From a virus, in the IMG/VR virus record IMGVR_UViG_3300002461_000092, positions 1 to 42,560 of that record: a DNA stretch of 42,560 nucleotides; one strand, written 5' to 3'. Positions 17,719-25,182 of the stretch are shown here, in pieces (position 1 is the stretch's first letter; every line of letters begins with the position of its first letter). Position numbers and translations under genes: made by a program. The notes under the pieces were generated by a model. The model had not been told where the DNA came from and searched no databases. It saw nothing but the letters and a program-made list of their open reading frames with translations.

Positions 17719-17997
17719 ATGTCTTCCATGTCCCTAGAGCTGCCCCTTCCGGGCGGCAAGGCCAAGGCAGTCATTTTCGAGGAACGGGGCCAGTGGGGCC
17801 TGTACCTCGCAGACGGCGCCAAGCGCCCCATCGGCAAGGGTGTCGCCCTCAACCGTGCTCAGGTGGCGGCCCTCCGCACCTGCGATCCGAAGTGGCAGGC
17901 CAGCATGATTTGGGCCCTGCTTGGCTACGGCAAGCGCGGTCCCCGCAAGCCTCTCGCCATGGCCATGTGTCACCCCGGCACCGGTCGCATGGCCTGA
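17719..17997 (+). CDS. hypothetical early protein
   Basis: 92 aa. It is the first ORF after the early promoters, with GAGG 9 nt upstream of the ATG. Confidence 0.5.
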   Translation: MSSMSLELPLPGGKAKAVIFEERGQWGLYLADGAKRPIGKGVALNRAQVAALRTCDPKWQASMIWALLGYGKRGPRKPLAMAMCHPGTGRMA

Positions 17998-18015
17998 TCA
18001 CTACCTACGCAGGAG
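17995..18015 (+). repeat. intergenic motif copy, type B (TGATCACTACCTACGCAGGAG)
   Basis: It starts at the stop codon of the upstream ORF and ends in the SD of the next ORF. Confidence 0.5.
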
Positions 18016-18023
18016 TACCGCGA

Positions 18024-18224
18024 ATGGTCTACCTCTCCCGCCGAACGGCTCAGGCGGCCGCACACTACCGCCTGAGAAGAGGTCGCTGCGCCCGCTTCGA
18101 GTTGCGCCCTGCGACCGTGCGGAACCCCGATAAGACCGTCGAGATTGGCTTCAAGGTGGCCACCTTCGATGCGCGGGGACGCTTTCTCGGCAACCTCTCC
18201 ACCCTTCCCGTCCCCGCTGCCTAA
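18024..18224 (+). CDS. hypothetical early protein
   Basis: 66 aa, with AGGAG 8 nt upstream of the ATG. I trimmed the track ORF 17793..18224. Confidence 0.45.
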   Translation: MVYLSRRTAQAAAHYRLRRGRCARFELRPATVRNPDKTVEIGFKVATFDARGRFLGNLSTLPVPAA

Positions 18225-18340
18225 GCGGGGCGAATGCTCCCATCGTCTAATTGGCCTAGGACGCCCGGCCCCTCAGCTGGGAGATGCAGGCTCGTATCCT
18301 GCTGGGAGCGCCATTCACCCAACCACCCGCAAGGTGTCCC

Positions 18341-18538
18341 ATGACCACTCCCGCCTACCTCAACCGTTGCGTTGGGCTCGCCCTCACGCTGGTCCGGCGC
18401 AACCCGTTCTGCCCCTTCTGCAAGGCGGCGCTGGACCACCTCAACCACGCCCGGCGGCTCGCCAAGGCTGGCTTCCAGTCGGCGGCCACCATCGCCCTGT
18501 GGCGGGCCTCCCGGCAGTTGAAGCGGGCGGGCATCTGA
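18341..18538 (+). CDS. hypothetical early protein
   Basis: 65 aa, with AAGG 6 nt upstream of the ATG. I trimmed the start from 18284. The stop overlaps the next start (TGATG). Confidence 0.4.
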   Translation: MTTPAYLNRCVGLALTLVRRNPFCPFCKAALDHLNHARRLAKAGFQSAATIALWRASRQLKRAGI

Positions 18539-18750
18539 TGACAGTGATCGCCAACCCCCACGTGTGGATCAAGCGCCCCTCCAGATACGTCCTGCGGGTG
18601 CAAGGCAACGTTCCTCACTATGAGGACGAGGTGGTCATCCGCCTTCCTCGCCAAGACCCGGACGCGGCGGCGAGGCTCGTCCTGCGATCCTACCTCGCGA
18701 TTGGGTGCTCACTGGGCTACGTGCTCGCTGACTTCCCCGGCTACAGGTGA
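18538..18750 (+). CDS. hypothetical early protein
   Basis: 70 aa. The ATG overlaps the previous stop. I trimmed the track ORF 18145..18750. Confidence 0.4.
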   Translation: MTVIANPHVWIKRPSRYVLRVQGNVPHYEDEVVIRLPRQDPDAAARLVLRSYLAIGCSLGYVLADFPGYR

Positions 18751-18754
18751 CGCC

Positions 18755-18823
18755 ATGATGGTCCCCGACTGGATCGGCTTCCCGCTCACCATCGCCCTCA
18801 TCGGGCTCCTTTTCGCCCTCTGA
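18755..18823 (+). CDS. 22-aa hydrophobic peptide (MMVPDWIGFPLTIALIGLLFAL)
   Basis: Nearly every third codon position is G or C (one T). AGGTGA lies upstream and the peptide has one predicted TM segment. It falls below the ORF-track length cutoff. Confidence 0.35.
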   Translation: MMVPDWIGFPLTIALIGLLFAL

Positions 18824-18834
18824 CGGAGGGCCCG

Positions 18835-19569
18835 ATGTTCCCTTTCGACTGGCTCAAACGGCGCCTAGAGGCTGCCAAGGCAGGAGCAAGACGCATGGCT
18901 AGCACGAGCAGCTACAGAACCCCGCATGAGGTGCGGGAGGCAATCGACGGGATGGCCGGGGACGACTGGCTCCAGCAGGCCATCGAGCACTGGCAGTGGT
19001 CCGGCGCCCAATGGTGCTACCGCACCGACAAGGCCACGCCGCGGCTGGGCCCGCCCCCGCTCGCCGTGTTGGCCAACTTTCGGTACTCCGTGGTGGTCAC
19101 CCACCTGATGGGCTCTGGCCTGAACCTGCTCGGTAAGGGCTGCTACGGCGCCGTCTTCGAGCTGAGCCCGGATGACCGGTGGGTTTACAAGCTGGTCGCT
19201 GTGTCCCGCAACGTGCCCTACCTGTCCTACGTCCGGTGGGCCAGGGAGATGCGTACCGGGCCGAACAAGCGGGATGCGTGGGTGCGGTGCCTGCCCCGCG
19301 CCAAGATACTCTTCGAGGACAAGTGGTTCGCCCTGATCCGGGTCGAGCGGCTGGTCGAGCAGCGCGGCAAAGTCACGGCATACGACGCCGGCGAGCACAT
19401 CGCGTACACCTCGACGCCCGGTACCCCGGCGTTCGAGCCCTACCTCGAAGCGACCGACCGCATCAAGCGGTGGTCCCGGTTCTGGAACGACATGCACACC
19501 GGCAACATCATGCTGCGCCCCACCAAGTGCGGCACCTACGAGCCCGTCCACACCGATCCGGTGTGCTGA
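18835..19569 (+). CDS. protein kinase-like early protein (functional analogue of T7 gp0.7?)
   Basis: Gly-loop LGKGCYGAV, VYK lysine, catalytic-loop-like DMHTGN (D-x4-N), and a terminal TDP in the DFG position. The protein ends right after it. Confidence 0.5.
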   Translation: MFPFDWLKRRLEAAKAGARRMASTSSYRTPHEVREAIDGMAGDDWLQQAIEHWQWSGAQWCYRTDKATPRLGPPPLAVLANFRYSVVVTHLMGSGLNLLGKGCYGAVFELSPDDRWVYKLVAVSRNVPYLSYVRWAREMRTGPNKRDAWVRCLPRAKILFEDKWFALIRVERLVEQRGKVTAYDAGEHIAYTSTPGTPAFEPYLEATDRIKRWSRFWNDMHTGNIMLRPTKCGTYEPVHTDPVC

Positions 19570-19586
19570 TCACTGCCAAGGCGGGA
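19567..19586 (+). repeat. intergenic motif copy, type A (TGATCACTGCCAAGGCGGGA)
   Basis: 20/20 identical to 27833-27852. It starts with the kinase-like gene's stop codon. Confidence 0.85.
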
Positions 19587-19615
19587 CACCGCCAGCCAAG
19601 CAAGGAGAAACACGC

Positions 19616-19843
19616 ATGTCCATCACTGCGAAAGCGCCCGCCTCCCGCTCCTACCCCTACGTGGGCGGCCTCAAGTCCGAAGCCCGCCGCGAAGCCGGCG
19701 ACGAGCGTATCGTCCTGTTCACCGGCCCCGGTAAGGGCATCCAGATCGGCGGCAACATCGGCACCATCGGCGACGCGGCCAGCAACTGGCGCGAGGACTG
19801 CTTCGACCCGCTGCCCCGCGGCACCGCCCTCTACGTCGCCTGA
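19616..19843 (+). CDS. hypothetical early protein
   Basis: 75 aa, with AAGGAG 8 nt upstream of the ATG. Confidence 0.5.
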   Translation: MSITAKAPASRSYPYVGGLKSEARREAGDERIVLFTGPGKGIQIGGNIGTIGDAASNWREDCFDPLPRGTALYVA

Positions 19844-19860
19844 TCGCTGCCTAGCCGGGA
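19841..19860 (+). repeat. intergenic motif copy, type A variant (TGATCGCTGCCTAGCCGGGA)
   Basis: 17/20 identical to the consensus. It spans from the stop codon to the A of the next ATG. Confidence 0.6.
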
Positions 19861-20549
19861 TGAGACGCCCGACTGCGCTCGTCGGGATGGAGAGCAGCGG
19901 CACGATCCGCCGCGCCCTCCGTGCCGCCGGCATCGACGCCTATTCATGCGACCTACTGCCGGCCGACGACGGCAGCCCGCACCACATACAAGGAGACGTG
20001 TTCGCCCACCTCGACATGGGCTGGGACCTGGCCATCTTCCACCCGACATGCACGTACCTCACGTGCGCTGCGGAGTGGGCGTATGGCGACGGCCCCTACC
20101 ACCAGCGTGTCCGGCCCGACACCCTAGTCGGGGCGGCCAGACGGGCGGCGCGTGAAGCCGCCATCGCAGACGTGAGACGCCTCTTGTCTGCGCCCATCCC
20201 GCGCATCGCAGTCGAGAACCCGGTGGGTGTTCTCTCGTCCCGTGTGCGGCGCCCGGATCAAGTGATCCAGCCCCACCAATTCGGGGACGATGCCAGCAAG
20301 GGCACCTGCCTGTGGCTGGTCAACCTCCCCAACCTCCAGCCCACCAGACGGGTGGCCGGACGCATGGTCGAGTACCGTGGCCGGCTGGTCGAGAGGTGGG
20401 CCAACCAGACAGACAGCGGACAGAACCGGCTGCCACCTACCAGCGACCGCTGGAAGCTGCGGAGCGCCACCTACCCAGGCATTGCCGCCGCCATCGCAGA
20501 CCAGTGGGGCCGGCTTCTGCTGCCCCTCCACGCCACCGTCACGACCTGA
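19860..20549 (+). CDS. compact DNA (cytosine-5)-methyltransferase-like protein
   Basis: 229 aa. Motif I-like VGMESSGTIRRAL, motif IV-like HPTCTYLT, motif VI-like AVENPVG, C-terminal RSATYPGIAAAIADQWG. The start is uncertain (alternative ATG 19887). I trimmed the track ORF 19179..20549. Confidence 0.5.
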   Translation: MRRPTALVGMESSGTIRRALRAAGIDAYSCDLLPADDGSPHHIQGDVFAHLDMGWDLAIFHPTCTYLTCAAEWAYGDGPYHQRVRPDTLVGAARRAAREAAIADVRRLLSAPIPRIAVENPVGVLSSRVRRPDQVIQPHQFGDDASKGTCLWLVNLPNLQPTRRVAGRMVEYRGRLVERWANQTDSGQNRLPPTSDRWKLRSATYPGIAAAIADQWGRLLLPLHATVTT

Positions 20550-20567
20550 TCGCTACCAAGCAAGGAG
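20547..20567 (+). repeat. intergenic motif copy, type B (TGATCGCTACCAAGCAAGGAG)
   Basis: A stop-to-SD cassette, closely similar to 29087-29107. Confidence 0.6.
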
Positions 20568-20575
20568 CAACTCCC

Positions 20576-22243
20576 ATGCCCGGCCTGAACCTGCCCGACC
20601 TGTCTGTCGGCTTCATCGACATGGCTGCCGTCATGTCCGGCCCGCTGCCCCCGGTGCAGCCCATGCCCCGTGGCCCGGCGCCCGTCGAGGTGCCCGACCT
20701 CGTAGTCGATCCGAACACGGTCTATGCCGTGGTCGCCAAGCGACTGGTCGAGCTTCGGCGGGGCGACGAGAACGTGGCTGAGCTTGCCAAGCGCCTCGCT
20801 GCCCTGCCTGCGGTGGCCCCGAAGGCGGCCATGCTGACGGACCGGAGGGAGTATGACCACTCCACCGAGCGGGAGGTCGTAGCCGATGCTCCGCGCTACA
20901 GCCTGTCCAACATCGGGTCGTTCTTCTTCAGCTACGTCGCCTTCCACCGGTCTCCCGGCAACGTGATGTACTGGCACGACTGGGCGTACCACCTGCGCTA
21001 CGGGCACGAAGTCACCGCCGTCATGCGCGAACACCCCACCCTGCCCACCAAGCAGTGGGAGGTGCGCGAGATCGTACGCTGCTCGGACGGCACCTACTTC
21101 GCCCTGCCGTGGGCCGAAGACCTCGCCCCCATCCCCCGCCACTACGCCCACATCAGCACCGTCGATCCGACCATGGTGTCCTACACCCCGGACGATGCAA
21201 AGGGCGTGGCCGACCGGCAGGTTCGCATGAAGCCGGGCCGGTACCTCGCCAAGTACTACCCCGACATGGACGCCGACGACGTGCGGAAGTACGCCGCCAT
21301 GCTGGACGCCTCGTTCACCGAGCTGCACCTCGCCACCACCGCCGACGAGATCGAGCACGTCTACACCCACGGCCCGTCGTCCTGCATGTCCTACCCGGCG
21401 AGCAGCTTTGACAGCCCGTTCCACCCCGCCCGGGTCTACGCCGCCGGCGACCTGGCCGTAGCGTACACCAAGAAACCGGACGGCAAAATCTCGGGGAGGT
21501 GTCTGGTGTGGCCGGAGAAGAAACTCCGGGGCCGCATCTACGGGGACATCGACCGCATGAAGCTGCTGCTCAAGTCCAACGGCTATGCCCCGCACGAGGA
21601 CAGTCTCGACGGTGCCCGGCTGGTCAAGCACGAGGTCGGCAACGGCAGCGGCGTGTACGTCATGCCCTACATCGACAACTCCAACTCGTTCGGCCACTCG
21701 TCGTGCCGCAAGTTTCTCGTGATCGGTGGGTGCAGCGCCGCCGCCTACACCCACGGCCTGTCTCAGAACGGCACCTACTGCCCCCGTATGGACGACTATG
21801 TGGACGATGACAGCGAGGACTTCGTCTACATCGAGGACCGGGACGAGCGCTGGTCGCCCACGGCGGTAGACCTCTACGCCCAGGTCTGCGACCGCACCGG
21901 AGACGTCTACTCCGACGACGCCGAGTTCCACGACGTGATCGTTCCGCACTATCACTGGAACACCGGGCGGATGGTCGGCCGAAACCGTGAGAGCTGGTGT
22001 GCCAGCGCCGTCGAGCGCCACGCCTGGCTCTGCGATGCCACCGAGAACTACCTCTCCGACGCCATCGCCGGTGTCGAGGTGGTGGACATCGGCACCGTGG
22101 ACCCGAAGTGGGCCGAGGAGAACTGCACCGCCTGCGCTGTGAGCGGTGACCTCTACGAGACTGACCAGCTAGTTCCGAACAAGGACGGGGACCTCGTCCA
22201 CCCGGACCACCTTGCCGACACGGAGGCTGACGCCTCCGCCTGA
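20576..22243 (+). CDS. 555-aa early protein of unknown function
   Basis: AAGGAG lies 8 nt upstream of the ATG. I trimmed the start from 20312. The central block reads KPGRYLAKYY...EIEHVYTHGPSSCMSY. The C-terminus has four Cys-anchored acidic repeats. Confidence 0.7.
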   Translation: MPGLNLPDLSVGFIDMAAVMSGPLPPVQPMPRGPAPVEVPDLVVDPNTVYAVVAKRLVELRRGDENVAELAKRLAALPAVAPKAAMLTDRREYDHSTEREVVADAPRYSLSNIGSFFFSYVAFHRSPGNVMYWHDWAYHLRYGHEVTAVMREHPTLPTKQWEVREIVRCSDGTYFALPWAEDLAPIPRHYAHISTVDPTMVSYTPDDAKGVADRQVRMKPGRYLAKYYPDMDADDVRKYAAMLDASFTELHLATTADEIEHVYTHGPSSCMSYPASSFDSPFHPARVYAAGDLAVAYTKKPDGKISGRCLVWPEKKLRGRIYGDIDRMKLLLKSNGYAPHEDSLDGARLVKHEVGNGSGVYVMPYIDNSNSFGHSSCRKFLVIGGCSAAAYTHGLSQNGTYCPRMDDYVDDDSEDFVYIEDRDERWSPTAVDLYAQVCDRTGDVYSDDAEFHDVIVPHYHWNTGRMVGRNRESWCASAVERHAWLCDATENYLSDAIAGVEVVDIGTVDPKWAEENCTACAVSGDLYETDQLVPNKDGDLVHPDHLADTEADASA

Positions 22244-22260
22244 TCCCTCCAACCCGACAA

Positions 22261-22280
22261 CAACCACTGACAAGGCGGGA
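22261..22280 (+). repeat. intergenic motif copy, type A variant (CAACCACTGACAAGGCGGGA)
   Basis: 16/20 identical to the consensus. It lies upstream of the peptidase-like gene. Confidence 0.55.
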
Positions 22281-22307
22281 TGCCGCCGACCAAATCAGGA
22301 GGGTGAC

Positions 22308-23279
22308 ATGACACCTCGCGAAGAACTGCTCGAAATGCTCCGCTATATGCGGCCCGCCCGCTCTGCCTCGGAGCGCAAGTTCATCAACCGCTTCCTCATG
22401 CCCCTGCCCGGGGCGGTGGTTGACTACTTCGGCAACGTGATCGTGCGGGTGGGCACGTCCCCCATCCTGTGGTCCAGCCACACCGACACCGTGCATATCA
22501 AGTCCGGCAAGCAGGAGGTGTACGTCGATGCCGACGACTACGCCTTCGTCAAGCACAACGACGTGCTCGGCGCCGACTGCACCACCGGTGTCTGGCTCAT
22601 GGTCCACATGATCCGGGCCGGCGTGCCCGGGCTGTACGTCTTCCACCGTGACGAGGAGATCGGTGGGCGGGGCTCGGACTGGATTGTCAAGAACACCCCG
22701 GACCTCTTGACCGGGATCAATTACGCCATCGCGTTCGACCGTAAACGGTGCGACAGCGTGGTCACCCACCAGTTCGGTCAGCGGTGCTGCTCCGAAGCGT
22801 TCGCGTCCTCCCTCATCAGCGTCCTCGGCGGCGGCTACACGGCCGACGACACGGGCACGTTCACCGACACCGCCAACTACGTGGACCTCATCGGGGAATG
22901 CACCAACATATCGGTCGGGTACTGGGACCAGCACACCACGCTGGAGATGCAGGACCTCCAGTTCTCCGACGCCCTCCTCGACACCCTTCTGACCTCTGAC
23001 TTCTCCGGCCTCGTTGCCGAGCGCCAGCCCGGCGATCTGGAGCCCCGCTCCCGTGGCGGGTGGTGGCAGCGGTACGGCACCTACACCGCCGCCGCCAACG
23101 ACGATGACGTGTGGGACGGGCAGGACCAGCTGCCCTTCGCCACCCCCGACACCGACACCAGCGTGGTCGAGCACCTCCGCTCGCTCACCCTGGAGCACCC
23201 CGAGATCGTGGCCGCCATCCTCAACGAGTACGGGGTGGCGCCTGACGAAATCCTGAGCCGGGCCTATGCCCACCACTAA
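22308..23279 (+). CDS. clan-MH (M20/M28/M42-like) zinc metallopeptidase-like protein
   Basis: 323 aa. The ligand order is H-D-EE-D-H: SSHTDTV, GADCTTG, RDEEIGGRGS, GTFTDT, WDQHT. AGGAGGG lies upstream of the ATG. I trimmed the start from 22212. Confidence 0.55.
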   Translation: MTPREELLEMLRYMRPARSASERKFINRFLMPLPGAVVDYFGNVIVRVGTSPILWSSHTDTVHIKSGKQEVYVDADDYAFVKHNDVLGADCTTGVWLMVHMIRAGVPGLYVFHRDEEIGGRGSDWIVKNTPDLLTGINYAIAFDRKRCDSVVTHQFGQRCCSEAFASSLISVLGGGYTADDTGTFTDTANYVDLIGECTNISVGYWDQHTTLEMQDLQFSDALLDTLLTSDFSGLVAERQPGDLEPRSRGGWWQRYGTYTAAANDDDVWDGQDQLPFATPDTDTSVVEHLRSLTLEHPEIVAAILNEYGVAPDEILSRAYAHH

Positions 23280-23291
23280 GAGGAGAACCCC

Positions 23292-23381
23292 ATCGACCCC
23301 CTGCTTCTGGCCGTGTTCATCCTCCCGATCCTGTGGGTGGCAGTAGCCATCATCATCGCGGGGTTGACGGGCCATCTTTAG
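23292..23381 (+). CDS. possible small hydrophobic peptide (start codon unclear)
   Basis: A high-GC3 frame encodes ...LLLAVFILPILWVAVAIIIAGLTGHL. AGGAG lies 6 nt before ATC 23292. The first canonical in-frame start is GTG 23313. Confidence 0.25.
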   Translation: MDPLLLAVFILPILWVAVAIIIAGLTGHL

Positions 23382-23436
23382 GCTTGCAGTCCTACCGAGG
23401 AGACCCTATGCCTACCGTGAACAAGAGGAGAACAAC

Positions 23437-23694
23437 GTGAGTGCGTACCTGACTGACACACCCCCCGACCACGACACGGTGTGGGGGTGGCTGGCCCGCA
23501 ACGAGCCGTGGGTGCTGGGCACGATGTCCGACCCGGTGCTGGGCTGCTTGGGGGACCAGACCAAGGCCATGGAGTTCGCGCAGAGAGCCGGGCTGGAGTT
23601 CATCCACGTGCCCGCCCCGCCCGCTCTCCGGGCCCGGGGCATCCCCGAAGCCTTCGCCTTCCCTACCTCCGTGCTACACGACGTGTTCCCCTGA
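23437..23694 (+). CDS. hypothetical early protein
   Basis: 85 aa, with a GTG start and GAGGAG upstream. A 10-codon upstream ORF ends in GTGA at this start. Confidence 0.5.
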   Translation: MSAYLTDTPPDHDTVWGWLARNEPWVLGTMSDPVLGCLGDQTKAMEFAQRAGLEFIHVPAPPALRARGIPEAFAFPTSVLHDVFP

Positions 23695-23711
23695 TTGCTG
23701 ACAGGGCGGGA
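23692..23711 (+). repeat. intergenic motif copy, type A variant (TGATTGCTGACAGGGCGGGA)
   Basis: 16/20 identical to the consensus. It starts at the stop codon of the upstream ORF. Confidence 0.55.
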
Positions 23712-23746
23712 CGGGAGTAGGCTGGCCTCCGAAAGGAGACCTTCCC

Positions 23747-24121
23747 ATGCGTGACCTTCCCCTAGCCTACCTCAACCCCCTCGCCACCGTGTTCCGAGAG
23801 CTGCGCGAAACCTACCAAGACATGACGGTAGCCCAAGCCCTGGCCTTCACCACGATTGCGTCCAACCCCGGCATCCCGATGAAGCGGATCGAGCAGCTGA
23901 CCGGCCTGTCCGACAGCTCCGTGTCTCGCATCTGCCACATCCTCGGGTCGCAGGGGAACCGGAAGACCGAGCCCCTTCATCTGGTCTACCACCAGCCCAT
24001 GCCCGACGACGCTCGGGTCCTCACCATGCACCTCACCCAGCGAGGCCGGCACCTAGCCCAAACCCTCGCCAGCGAGATCAAAGGAGCACGACAGGATGTC
24101 CGCCCGCCGCAAGAACGGTAG
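23747..24121 (+). CDS. MarR-like winged-helix transcriptional regulator
   Basis: 124 aa. MTVAQALAFTTIASNPGIPMKRIEQLTGLSDSSVSRICHILG...DDARVLTMHLTQRGRHL fits the MarR wHTH pattern. Its 3' end overlaps the integrase start by 26 nt. Confidence 0.6.
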   Translation: MRDLPLAYLNPLATVFRELRETYQDMTVAQALAFTTIASNPGIPMKRIEQLTGLSDSSVSRICHILGSQGNRKTEPLHLVYHQPMPDDARVLTMHLTQRGRHLAQTLASEIKGARQDVRPPQER

Positions 24122-25136
24122 CTGGATGGCCGACTTCATGGTGGCGGGCACCCGCTACCGGGAGTTCGGCTTCCCCGCCGAGAAGGACGCCCAAGCGTGG
24201 GAGATGGATGCCCGCTCCGCCCTGCTGCGGGGCGCCCCCGTCCCCAAGCCCCGCCACGTGGTGGCTGAGGCCCGCTCCGAGCACACCATCGGGGCCCTCG
24301 TGCGCCACGTCGCCAAGGTCCACTGGTCCAGCAAGAAGTCCGCCAAGGGGCTGATCCTCCAGGCCGAGCTGTTCGCCCGCTTCTGCGGCGACGATGCCCC
24401 TGCCGTGGACTGCCTGACCACCGCCAAGCTGGACGAGTATGTCGGCAGCCTGATCGGCAAGGTTGCGGGCGGCACCATCAACCGCCGCCTCGCCGCCGTG
24501 TCCAAGCTAGCCCGCTACGCCGTGGCCCTCGGCCTCATCCCCGCCATCCCCCTCATGTCCCGCCAGCAGGAGAGCCGGGGCCGGCTGCGGTACTTCTCCG
24601 AGAAGGAGGAGCACCACATCCTGAACACCCTGACCTTTTGGGGGCTGCGCGACGAGTACCACCTGTTCGTCTTCCTGTCCGACACCGGAGCCCGCCTTGG
24701 CGAGGCCCTCAAGGTGGAGTGGGGTGACATCCACCCCAACGGTCGGGCCATCACCCTGTGGGACAACAAGGACCCCAGCGGGCGGGGCAAGTTCCGCACC
24801 ATCATCATGACCGAGCGGGTGCAGCGCACCATGGAGCGGCGGCGGGCCACCCACGGGGACGACCCCGGGCCCTTCTCGTCCATCTCCAAGCGCCGCCTCC
24901 GCACCGTGTGGTCCCGCCTCCGTGAGCACCACCCGTTCCTCGGGGACGCCGTGATCCACACCTTCCGGCACACCTGTGCGTCCCGCCTGGTGATGGCCGG
25001 CCTCGACCTCACCCGTGTCCAGAAGTGGCTCGGGCACGACACCATCCAGACCACCTTGCGCTACGCCAAGCTGGCCCCCGAGGCCATGGAGGACGTGGTC
25101 GCTGCGCTGGAGCGGGGGCCCAAGGCGGTGCGGTGA
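24096..25136 (+). CDS. int: tyrosine recombinase / phage integrase
   Basis: 346 aa. TGARLGEAL supplies the catalytic Arg. HTFRHTCASRLVMAGLDLTRVQKWLGHDTIQTTLRYAKL supplies HxxR...H...Y. The N-terminus KNGSWMADFMVAGTRYREFGF is typical of an arm-binding domain. Confidence 0.9.
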   Translation: MSARRKNGSWMADFMVAGTRYREFGFPAEKDAQAWEMDARSALLRGAPVPKPRHVVAEARSEHTIGALVRHVAKVHWSSKKSAKGLILQAELFARFCGDDAPAVDCLTTAKLDEYVGSLIGKVAGGTINRRLAAVSKLARYAVALGLIPAIPLMSRQQESRGRLRYFSEKEEHHILNTLTFWGLRDEYHLFVFLSDTGARLGEALKVEWGDIHPNGRAITLWDNKDPSGRGKFRTIIMTERVQRTMERRRATHGDDPGPFSSISKRRLRTVWSRLREHHPFLGDAVIHTFRHTCASRLVMAGLDLTRVQKWLGHDTIQTTLRYAKLAPEAMEDVVAALERGPKAVR

Positions 25137-25150
25137 CACACCCGGTGACA
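25131..25150 (+). repeat. two tandem CGGTGACA repeats (12-nt period); candidate integrase arm-type sites
   Basis: CGGTGACAcaccCGGTGACA. Further copies are CAGTGACA at 25173-25180 and CGGTGACA at 25403-25410. Confidence 0.4.
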
Positions 25151-25182
25151 GACCGGCCCGATCCTGCTATCCCAGTGACAGT

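Noticed and set aside
19179-20549. N-terminally extended track ORFs: 19179..20549, 20312..22243, 22212..23279, 34796..35284, 36169..36756, 3030..3542, 17793..18224 and 18145..18750.
   Set aside because: The extensions overlap the preceding, well-supported genes in another frame and encode Arg/Pro-rich junk. Internal starts with an SD or a stop-start overlap give products that begin where the recognisable domains begin.
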